From Candidatus Eiseniibacteriota bacterium (GTDB lineage: Bacteria > Eisenbacteria > RBG-16-71-46): a stretch of 64,000 nucleotides of DNA. The notes under the pieces are model-generated. The model did no database searches and was not told where the DNA came from. It was given only the letters and a program-made list of their open reading frames with translations. Positions within the stretch are counted from its first letter, which is position 1. The number at the start of each line of letters is the position of its first letter. The stretch lies in assembly GCA_963707915.1 (NCBI GenBank), contig OY970178.1, positions 2,624,001-2,688,000 of the forward strand, in the 5' to 3' direction. The position numbers were made by a program, and so were the translations under genes. Positions 23,305-31,249 of this stretch are shown in pieces.

Positions 23305-23390
23305 GGGCACGGAGCGATCCTCACGAAACGACGACAACGCGCAGTCCGCGGAACACGACCCCCCGCATTTCGGCCGCGAGGAGTCGCAAC

Positions 23391-24308
23391 TTGCAATCCG
23401 CCGTGCTGGTCCACACCTCCAAGAGTGGCAGGACCCTCGCGATCCCCGCGGACCGCGCGGCGCTGGTGTGCCTGCTCGCGATCCCCCTCGGGGTCACCCT
23501 GCGATACCTGCCCTACTACGTGTCGGGCGTATCCAGCCGGGCGCGTGACCCGCTGCACCCCCTGCTGGGCCCGTCCGGGCCGGTCGGGATCTCGTTCGGG
23601 CTCGTGGGCGCAGCGCTCTTCCTGTTCATGTGGCTCTACCCGCTGCGCAAGCACCTGCCGGCGCTGCGCCGTGCGGGGAACCTGCGCACCTGGCTCCAGG
23701 TCCACATCCTGGCGGGTCTCGCGCTGCCGTTCGTGGTGGCCGTGCACGCGGGCTGGCGCTTCACCGGGCTCATCGGCCTGGGCTACGCCGCCATGGTGCT
23801 CGTGATCCTGAGCGGCGTCGTGGGGCGCTACCTGTACGGCCACATCCCCCGCCGGCAGGACGGGCTCGAGCTCTCGCTCGAAGCGGTGGCGAACGAACGC
23901 CGCGCCCTGCTCACCCGCATCGCCGCCGCCACCGGGCTCCATCCTGCCGAGGTGGATCACGCGCTCCACCCGGGCGCCGCGCCGGGCGCAGGCCGCGGCA
24001 TCGCGGGCACGCTCGCGCGCCTGGTCGCCGGCGACCTCGCGCGGCGGCGCGCGGTGCGCGAACTGGCGCGTCTCCGGGCGCAGCCACGGCCGGGCCTGCC
24101 ACCGCCGGACCCCCACGCGCTGGCCGAGGCCGTGAAGCTCGCCCGCCGGGAGGTGGCCCTGGAGCAGCAGGTCCGGATGCTGGGGGCCACGCAGCGCGTC
24201 TTCACCTGGTGGCACGTGGCTCACCTGCCGGTGGCGATCACGTCGTTCCTGGCCATCCTCGTCCACGTCGGCGTCGCCGTGCTCATCGGCGGCGTGATGC
24301 TGCGCTGA
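23391..24308 (+). CDS. His-rich integral membrane protein, cytochrome b/ferric-reductase-like TM module (start uncertain)
   Basis: LYPLRK, WLQVH..AG, VAVHAG, SGVVGRYLY, WWHVAHLP, ILVHV; TTG start after GAGGAG chosen because it lies downstream of the sigma54 site. Confidence 0.75.
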   Translation: MQSAVLVHTSKSGRTLAIPADRAALVCLLAIPLGVTLRYLPYYVSGVSSRARDPLHPLLGPSGPVGISFGLVGAALFLFMWLYPLRKHLPALRRAGNLRTWLQVHILAGLALPFVVAVHAGWRFTGLIGLGYAAMVLVILSGVVGRYLYGHIPRRQDGLELSLEAVANERRALLTRIAAATGLHPAEVDHALHPGAAPGAGRGIAGTLARLVAGDLARRRAVRELARLRAQPRPGLPPPDPHALAEAVKLARREVALEQQVRMLGATQRVFTWWHVAHLPVAITSFLAILVHVGVAVLIGGVMLR

Positions 24309-24312
24309 CGCC

Positions 24313-25800
24313 ATGAGCATGGCCCTCACCGTGCTCGGCTTCGCCGCGCTGACGGCGCTCTTCGCCTGGTGGCACGTGCGCGGCTCGGGCGCCGGCGTCA
24401 CGGCGTCCGACCTGCGGACCTGCCCGCGCTGCCGGGCCCGCTTCGCGGCCGGGGCCGTGTTCTGTCCGGGGTGCCGCGTGCCGGTGCAGGTCTACGAGCT
24501 GGTGAGCGCTCCGATCGCGGACGTCGCGGAGCCGCTCGACCTGGACGTGAAGCCGCACCCCATCGTGCGCACCGACCTGTGCGTGGGTTGCGGCACCTGC
24601 GTGGCGGCCTGCCCGGAGCCCGGGGCGATCCAGCTGGTGGACCACCACTCGTTCGTGGATCTCGACCGCTGCAAACGGCACGGGACCTGCGCGGCAGCCT
24701 GCCCGATGGGCGCCATCGTGATGGCGACGGGCGCGGCGGTGCAGCGCGTCGAAGTGCCGGACGTCGACGGCCACTTTCAGACCAACGTGCCCGGGCTCTA
24801 CGTGGTGGGAGAGCTGGGCGGGCGGGGGCTGATCAAGAACGCGATCAACGAGGGCCGCATCGCCATCGAGCACGTCGCGCGGGTGCTGGCGGCAGGCCGT
24901 CCGTGGCGGCCGGGCGAAGCCGGGCCGGCCGCTGCCGGATCGGACACGCCGGGCCCCTACGACGTGCTCGTGGTCGGCTCGGGCCCCGCGGGGCTCTCGG
25001 CCGCGCTCGAGGCGCAGCGCCTGGGCCTGCGTGCCGTCGTGCTCGAGCAGGGCTCGATCTCGGACACGATCCGCAAGTACCCCCGGCGCAAGCTCCTGCT
25101 CGCCGAACCCTCGCGCGTCCAGCTCTACGGCGGGCTGTGGGTGTCCGACGCCACGAAGGAGGAACTGCTGACGGTGTGGGAGACGATCATCGCGCGCGCC
25201 GGCCTGCGCGTGCGCACCGGCGAGCGGGTGGAGTCGCTGGACCACGACGGCGTGCTGTTCCGCGTGCGCACCCCGGGGACCGAGTACCAGGCCCGCAAGG
25301 TCGTGCTGGCGATGGGGCGGCGCGGCACGCCGCGGCGGCTGGGCGTGCCGGGCGAGGAGCTGGAGAAGACGCTCTACGACGTCGTCGAGATGGAGTCGTT
25401 CGCGGGCTGCCGCATGCTGGTGGTCGGGGGCGGCGACAGCGCGATCGAATCGGCGATCGGTCTCGCCGCCCAGCCGGACACCACGGTCACGCTCTCGTAC
25501 CGCGGGCAGGAGTTCCCGCGCGTGAAGGAGCGCAACCGCGAGAAGCTCGAGGCCGCGGTCCGGGCGTCCGGCAAGGACGGGGCGGGCCGCCTGGAGGTGC
25601 TGCTCGGCAGCCGCGCGGTCGAGATCCGCCCCGGGGTCGTGGCGCTCGACTGCGGGGGCATGGCCCGCCTGCTCCCCAACGACTACGTGATCGTCCGCAT
25701 CGGCGGCGAGCCGCCCTACCCGTTCCTCGAGCGCTGCGGCGTGCGTATCGTGACCAAGGAGATCGCGATCGAGACCGGCGCGGAAAGGCGGGCCGGGTGA
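24313..25800 (+). CDS. Membrane-anchored ferredoxin-containing FAD/NAD(P)-binding oxidoreductase (TrxB/YpdA-like)
   Basis: N-terminal TM, CPRC..CPGC, CVGCGTCVAACP, CKRHGTCAAACP, VVGSGPAGLSAA, VVGGGDSAIE. Confidence 0.88.
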   Translation: MSMALTVLGFAALTALFAWWHVRGSGAGVTASDLRTCPRCRARFAAGAVFCPGCRVPVQVYELVSAPIADVAEPLDLDVKPHPIVRTDLCVGCGTCVAACPEPGAIQLVDHHSFVDLDRCKRHGTCAAACPMGAIVMATGAAVQRVEVPDVDGHFQTNVPGLYVVGELGGRGLIKNAINEGRIAIEHVARVLAAGRPWRPGEAGPAAAGSDTPGPYDVLVVGSGPAGLSAALEAQRLGLRAVVLEQGSISDTIRKYPRRKLLLAEPSRVQLYGGLWVSDATKEELLTVWETIIARAGLRVRTGERVESLDHDGVLFRVRTPGTEYQARKVVLAMGRRGTPRRLGVPGEELEKTLYDVVEMESFAGCRMLVVGGGDSAIESAIGLAAQPDTTVTLSYRGQEFPRVKERNREKLEAAVRASGKDGAGRLEVLLGSRAVEIRPGVVALDCGGMARLLPNDYVIVRIGGEPPYPFLERCGVRIVTKEIAIETGAERRAG

Positions 25801-27575
25801 GGGCCGCGCTCCCCGCCACCCTGGTCATGCTCTCGCTTGCCGTCGCCCTTCCCGCCCGCGCGCAGCTCTCGCCCGGGCCGCTCAGCGAGGCCCACCACGC
25901 GCTCGAGGGCGTCACGCAGTGTCTCCAGTGCCACGAGCGCGGCGCCGGCGTGGCGGACGCGAAGTGCCTCGCGTGCCACACCGAGATCGGCTGGATGCTC
26001 GGCCGCGACCGCGGGCTCCATCCCCGCGTGCGATCCACGCCCTGCGCGAAGTGCCATCCCGACCACGCCGGTCGCGACTTCCGGTTGGTGCGCTGGGACG
26101 AGGGCGCCCCCGGGCGCTTCGACCACCGGCGCGCGGGGTTCGCGCTCGAGGGCCGTCACGGGAGCCTCCAGTGCGCCGAGTGCCACCAGCCGCGCTTCCA
26201 GGGGTCGGGCGCCGCCGCGCTCATCCGCAAGCGGGACCGCGCGGGGAGCTGGCTGGGGCTCGATCGCGCCTGCGCCTCGTGCCACCACGATCCCCATCGG
26301 GGCCAGCTGGGTGCCACCTGCACGGCCTGCCACGGGCAGGTGGCCTGGAAACCGGCCGCGGGCTTCGACCACGCGAAGTCCGCCTACCCGCTCACCGACC
26401 GGCACGCCAGGGTCGAGTGCGCGAAGTGCCACCTCTCCCCGCGGCTCCCGCTCACCGCCGATGCGCAGGGGAAGCCCGTGCCGCTCTGGAAGCCGCTGCC
26501 GCACGCCGATTGCGCGTCCTGCCACCGGGACCCGCACTCCGGCCGGTTCCCGGGCGCCTGCGCGAAGTGCCACACGACGCGGGGCTTCCAGGTCTTCGAC
26601 GCGAGCGTGTTCGACCACGACCGGACGCGCTACCCGTTGCGCGGCCGGCACGCCTCCGTCGCCTGCGCGAAGTGCCACGATCCGAAGAAGCCGGGGGTGT
26701 GGAAGCCCCCCTATGACCGCTGTGACCGCTGTCACCGCGACGCCCACGCCGGTCAGGCCACGCTGGCGGGCCGCCCCGCCGACTGCGCCGCCTGCCACGC
26801 CGTCCAGGGCTGGAAGCCCTCGACCTACACGGTGGCCGCGCACCAGGCCTCGACCTATCCGCTCGAAGGACGTCACGCCGCGACCGATTGCGCGAAGTGC
26901 CACACGTCGGAACCGGACTCCCTCGCCGCCCGCCCGGCCGGCACGCGGGTGCGATTGCGGCCCGCCCACGCGCGCTGCCTCGACTGCCACGCCGACCCGC
27001 ACCGCGGGCGCTTCGAGCCGGGCGGCGCCCGCGCCAAGCGGTCGAGTTGCCGCACCTGCCACACCATGGACGGCTACAGGCCCACCCTGGTGGACGCCGC
27101 CGCGCACGCGCGCCTGGGCTACCCGCTCGAGGGGGCGCACCGCGCCGTGCCCTGCCAGGGCTGCCACGCCGAGCTGAAGCCCGCGCCGTCCGCGGCCGAT
27201 CCGGCGGTCCGGGGGGCCGTGGCAGGGCGCGATTCGCTGCGCGCGCTGCTCTTCGCCGACGCGGTCTCCGGCTGCGCGGGTTGTCACCCGTCCCCGCACG
27301 GCGAGCAGTTCAAGGGCCGCGGCCCGCGGGTGAAGGGCGGGCTGGCGGGCGACGCCTGCGACGCCTGCCACGGGCTCGAGGCCTTCAAGCCGGCGGAACG
27401 CTTCCGCCACGACCGGGACTCCGCGTTCCGGCTCACCGGGGCGCACGAGAAGGTCGGGTGCGGAGGCTGCCACAAGTCCTCGCGGGACGCGCAGGGGCGG
27501 ACCTTCGTGGTCTACAGGCCCACGCCCGCCCGCTGCGAGGAGTGTCATGTCCATCGACAGCAGGGGGCGTCATGA
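25797..27575 (+). CDS. Secreted multiheme cytochrome c, 20 CxxCH
   Basis: GTG start overlaps the upstream TGA; signal peptide ending ARA-Q; 20 CxxCH counted by hand, with FDH..F.L.G.H spacers. Confidence 0.92.
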   Translation: MRAALPATLVMLSLAVALPARAQLSPGPLSEAHHALEGVTQCLQCHERGAGVADAKCLACHTEIGWMLGRDRGLHPRVRSTPCAKCHPDHAGRDFRLVRWDEGAPGRFDHRRAGFALEGRHGSLQCAECHQPRFQGSGAAALIRKRDRAGSWLGLDRACASCHHDPHRGQLGATCTACHGQVAWKPAAGFDHAKSAYPLTDRHARVECAKCHLSPRLPLTADAQGKPVPLWKPLPHADCASCHRDPHSGRFPGACAKCHTTRGFQVFDASVFDHDRTRYPLRGRHASVACAKCHDPKKPGVWKPPYDRCDRCHRDAHAGQATLAGRPADCAACHAVQGWKPSTYTVAAHQASTYPLEGRHAATDCAKCHTSEPDSLAARPAGTRVRLRPAHARCLDCHADPHRGRFEPGGARAKRSSCRTCHTMDGYRPTLVDAAAHARLGYPLEGAHRAVPCQGCHAELKPAPSAADPAVRGAVAGRDSLRALLFADAVSGCAGCHPSPHGEQFKGRGPRVKGGLAGDACDACHGLEAFKPAERFRHDRDSAFRLTGAHEKVGCGGCHKSSRDAQGRTFVVYRPTPARCEECHVHRQQGAS

Positions 27576-27615
27576 GGAAGGCAGGCGTCATCTCCGGGCA
27601 CGCGGAAGGTCGGCC

Positions 27616-29508
27616 GTGAGGCGCCCCGGCCGGCCGGCACGGATCGGCGGCGTGCGGCTCGCGGCGCTGCTCCTGGCGGCATTGCCGCTCGTCCCGCTCG
27701 GGCTCGCCGCCGTCGCGGCCGACCGGCCCGCCGCGCAGCCGGCGGGAGAGCCCGATTACCCGCACGGGGCCTTCCAGGGCGACTGCTCGGAGTGCCACGG
27801 GGACGAGGGCTGGAAGCCGGCGCGCATCAGCCGGAACTTCGACCACGCGCGGCGCTCGGGGTTCGCCCTGGCCGGGGCGCATGCCGCGCTCCGGTGTGCC
27901 GCCTGTCACGGCACGCTCGACTTCTCCCAGCAGCGCAAGCTCTGCGCCTCGTGCCACCAGGATCCGCACCTCGGGGAGCTCGGGCCCGAGTGCGGCCGCT
28001 GCCACACCTCGCGCAGCTTCCTCGACCGCGCGGGCATGGTCCGCATGCACCAGTGGACGCGCTTCCCGCTGGCGGGCACGCACGCGGGGCTCGACTGCGA
28101 GGACTGCCACCCCCTGACGTCGCAGGGGCACCTGCGCTTCGCCGCGACCCGTGCGGACTGCTACTCGTGCCACCGTGCCGAGTTCGAGGGGGCGACCCGC
28201 CCCGCGCACGTCGCGGGCGGCTTCGCGACCGAGTGCTCGGCGTGTCACACGCCGCTGGCCTGGCGCCCCGCTCGCTTCGACCACTCGGGAGCCACCGACT
28301 GCGTCTCGTGCCACCGGGCCGACTACGACCGCACGACGGGTCCCGCGCACGCTGCCGCGGGCTTCCCGACCGCCTGCGCGACCTGCCACACGACCCGCGG
28401 GTGGCAGCCCTCGACGTTCGACCACGCCGCCACGGTGTTCGCGCTCACCGGCGCGCACCGGCAGACGCTCTGCGCGAGCTGCCACGGGAGTCCCTGGCAG
28501 AACGCGCTGGCCACCGACTGCTACTCGTGCCACAGGCCGGCCTACGACGCGACGATCGCGCCCGCGCACGCCGCGGGCGGGATCCCCACGACCTGCACCA
28601 GCTGCCACAACACGGTGGCCTGGCAGCCGGCGACGTTCGACCACGCGGCCACGCCGTTCCCGCTCACCGGGGCGCACGTCCAGGCGCCGTGCGCGAGCTG
28701 CCACGGGAGTCCCTGGCAGAACGCGCTGGCCACCGACTGCTACTCGTGCCACAAGCCGGCCTACGACGCGACGGCCGCGCCCGCGCACGCCGCGGGCGGG
28801 ATCCCCACGACCTGCGCGAGCTGCCACAACACGGTGGCCTGGCAGCCGGCGACGTTCAACCACGCGGCCACGCCGTTCCCGCTCACCGGGGCGCACGTGC
28901 AGGCGCCGTGCGCGAGCTGCCACGGGAGTCCCTGGCAGAACACGCTGGCCACCGACTGCTACTCGTGCCACAAGCCGGCCTACGATGCGACGGCGGCGCC
29001 CGCGCACGCCGCGGGCGGGATCCCCACGACCTGCGCGAGCTGCCACAACACGGCGGCCTGGCAGCCGGCGACGTTCAACCACGCGGCCACGCCGTTCCCG
29101 CTCACCGGGGCGCACGTGCAGGCGCCGTGCGCGAGCTGCCACGGCAGTCCCTGGCAGAACACGCTGGCCACCGACTGCTACTCGTGTCACAAGCCGGCCT
29201 ACGATGCCACCACCGACCCCGCCCACGCGGCGGCGGGGTTCCCGGTCACCTGCGCCACCTGCCACACGACGACCACCTGGCTCGGGGCGACGTTCGACCA
29301 CACCTGGTTCCCGATCAGCTCGGGCCGGCACTCGGGGAACTCGTGCGCGAGCTGCCACAACGCCCCGGCCAACTACGCCTCGTTCACCTGCCTCACCGCG
29401 GGGTGCCATTCGCAGAGCAGCACCGACGGCCACCACGACAGCGTCTCGGGGTACCGGTACGACAGCGCTGCCTGCTACTCGTGCCACCCGCGCGGGGCGG
29501 CCGGTTGA
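27616..29508 (+). CDS. Secreted multiheme cytochrome c, 23 CxxCH + 1 CX4CH (start uncertain)
   Basis: Hydrophobic signal segment; hand count of motifs; internal 73-aa three-heme repeats. Confidence 0.92.
   Translation: MRRPGRPARIGGVRLAALLLAALPLVPLGLAAVAADRPAAQPAGEPDYPHGAFQGDCSECHGDEGWKPARISRNFDHARRSGFALAGAHAALRCAACHGTLDFSQQRKLCASCHQDPHLGELGPECGRCHTSRSFLDRAGMVRMHQWTRFPLAGTHAGLDCEDCHPLTSQGHLRFAATRADCYSCHRAEFEGATRPAHVAGGFATECSACHTPLAWRPARFDHSGATDCVSCHRADYDRTTGPAHAAAGFPTACATCHTTRGWQPSTFDHAATVFALTGAHRQTLCASCHGSPWQNALATDCYSCHRPAYDATIAPAHAAGGIPTTCTSCHNTVAWQPATFDHAATPFPLTGAHVQAPCASCHGSPWQNALATDCYSCHKPAYDATAAPAHAAGGIPTTCASCHNTVAWQPATFNHAATPFPLTGAHVQAPCASCHGSPWQNTLATDCYSCHKPAYDATAAPAHAAGGIPTTCASCHNTAAWQPATFNHAATPFPLTGAHVQAPCASCHGSPWQNTLATDCYSCHKPAYDATTDPAHAAAGFPVTCATCHTTTTWLGATFDHTWFPISSGRHSGNSCASCHNAPANYASFTCLTAGCHSQSSTDGHHDSVSGYRYDSAACYSCHPRGAAG
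28291..29300 (+). repeat. 219-bp intragenic tandem repeat (~4.5 units, 3 hemes each)
   Basis: GCCACCGACTGC recurs at 28291, 28510, 28729, 28948 and 29167; central units are nearly identical at DNA level. Confidence 0.93.
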
Positions 29509-31217
29509 GCGCGCCCCGCGTCCCGCGTCCGTCATGGCCGTGCCGGGGCCGCCGGGCCTGGCGCGCGCTGGCGTCATGCGCGGCGCTCGTCGCGCTGTCC
29601 CTGGCCGGTGGGCCAGTGGCGCAGGCGGCGGGGCGGGAGGCCCGCGTCAGCTACCTCGCCGGCGCATCGGTCTACGTGGACGCCGGCCGGGCGGAGGGCC
29701 TGCGGGAGGGCGACTCGCTGACGGTGGTGCGTGGGGGGAAGCCCATCGCCTGGCTGCGGGCCTCGTTCCTTTCCTCGCATCGCGCCTCCTGCGACACGCT
29801 GGGCACGCTCGCGCCCGTCCAGGTGGGCGACGTGGCGCGCTTCGTCCCCAGCCTCCCCGGTCTCGTCGATGCCGGGCGCGACTCCAACGCCGTGGCGCCC
29901 GGCGCGGCCCGGGCGATCGCCACGCCGCCTGCGGGTCCGCCCGTTCCCGGCCCGGCCCCGGGCGTTCCGCCGGGGATCGCCGCGTCCGTGGCCCCCGCGC
30001 CGCGCGTCGCGCGCGGCGGCGGACCGCTGCGCGGACGGCTCGGGGCGCGTTTCCTGACCGTGCAGAGCGACGGCGGCAACCGCCTCACCCAGCCGGCGTT
30101 CGACCTGCGGCTCGACGGTGTGAGCCTGGGCGGGGCGCCGGTCGACCTGGCGGTGGACTTCCGGGGCCGCCGCGTCACGCAGAGCGGTCCGGGGCGGACC
30201 CCGTCGAACCGGGACCGCGGCCTGTTCTACAGCCTCGCGCTCGCGACCCACGACGCGGGCGGACACTACCGGCTCACGGTCGGCCGGCAGCTCTCGCCGG
30301 CGCTCGCGCCCGTGAACCTGTTCGACGGCGCGCTGGTCGAGCGCCGCGGCGCGCGCTGGAACGCGGGGCTCTTCAGCGGCACGCAACCCGAGCCCCTCCG
30401 GCTTGGTCTGTCCGGGGCGATCGTCCAGGGGGGCGGCTACGTCGAGTGGCACCAGCCGCCGGGTGCGGCGCGGCGCTGGACCGTGAGCAGCGGTGCCATC
30501 AGTTCGTACGACCACGGCAACACCAACCGCGACTTCGGCTTCCTGCAGGGCTATTACCTGGACCGCGCGGTGAGCGCGACGCTCTCGCAGGAGGTCGACG
30601 TGAACCGCGGCTGGAAGCGCGAACGGGGCCAGCCCTCGCTCCAGGCGACGGGCACGTTCCTCACGACCAACGTGCGGGTCGGCTCCGCGCTCTCGTTGCG
30701 CGCCGGGTTCGACACCCGGCGGAACGTCTGGCTCTACCGGGACCGGACCACGCCCGAGAACCTGTTCGACGACCGCTACCGGCAGGGTGGCTGGGGTGGT
30801 GCGATGCTCGACGTCGCGCATCACTTCCGGCTCACGGGGGACGCGCGCACCAGCTCGATCGCGGGGGCCCGGCGCCAGGACGGCTGGACCGGCGGGCTCG
30901 AGGGCTACCGTTTCACCCCGCTCAACCTGGCGCTGCGCGCGCGCTACAGCCGGTTCACCGGCGGCGGCCAGGAGAACTCGCTGGCTTCGTTCGGGGCCGG
31001 TCTCGATCCGCTGGGCCGGGTGCACCTCGAGATGACCGGGGGGCAGCGCACCACGCGGGACGCGCTGGCCGGGGCCGGGGAGCGCTCGCAGTGGCTCGGC
31101 GCCGATCTCGATGTGATGCTGCCGGGTCGCGCCTACGCGAATGCCTCGTTCGAGAACGACACGGGTGGACTCGGCGCGTCGCGCCAGGCGTACTTCGGGC
31201 TGAGCTGGAGATTCTGA
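29505..31217 (+). CDS. Putative outer-membrane beta-barrel protein
   Basis: TTG start overlaps the cytochrome stop; signal peptide, small N-domain, Pro-rich linker, amphipathic strands, C-terminus YFGLSWRF (BAM-type terminal Phe). Confidence 0.75.
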   Translation: MSAPRVPRPSWPCRGRRAWRALASCAALVALSLAGGPVAQAAGREARVSYLAGASVYVDAGRAEGLREGDSLTVVRGGKPIAWLRASFLSSHRASCDTLGTLAPVQVGDVARFVPSLPGLVDAGRDSNAVAPGAARAIATPPAGPPVPGPAPGVPPGIAASVAPAPRVARGGGPLRGRLGARFLTVQSDGGNRLTQPAFDLRLDGVSLGGAPVDLAVDFRGRRVTQSGPGRTPSNRDRGLFYSLALATHDAGGHYRLTVGRQLSPALAPVNLFDGALVERRGARWNAGLFSGTQPEPLRLGLSGAIVQGGGYVEWHQPPGAARRWTVSSGAISSYDHGNTNRDFGFLQGYYLDRAVSATLSQEVDVNRGWKRERGQPSLQATGTFLTTNVRVGSALSLRAGFDTRRNVWLYRDRTTPENLFDDRYRQGGWGGAMLDVAHHFRLTGDARTSSIAGARRQDGWTGGLEGYRFTPLNLALRARYSRFTGGGQENSLASFGAGLDPLGRVHLEMTGGQRTTRDALAGAGERSQWLGADLDVMLPGRAYANASFENDTGGLGASRQAYFGLSWRF

Positions 31218-31218
31218 G

Positions 31219-31248
31219 CCGGGGGGGCGCGCGTTCGCGCCCCCCCGG
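31219..31248. terminator. Hairpin between convergent genes (probable terminator)
   Basis: CCGGGGGGGCGCG-cgtt-CGCGCCCCCCCGG, perfect 13-bp stem; no U-tract. Confidence 0.65.
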
Positions 31249-31249
31249 G

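Noticed and set aside
28291..29300. 219-bp repeat as a mobile or CRISPR element
   Set aside because: In-frame coding repeat of heme-binding modules
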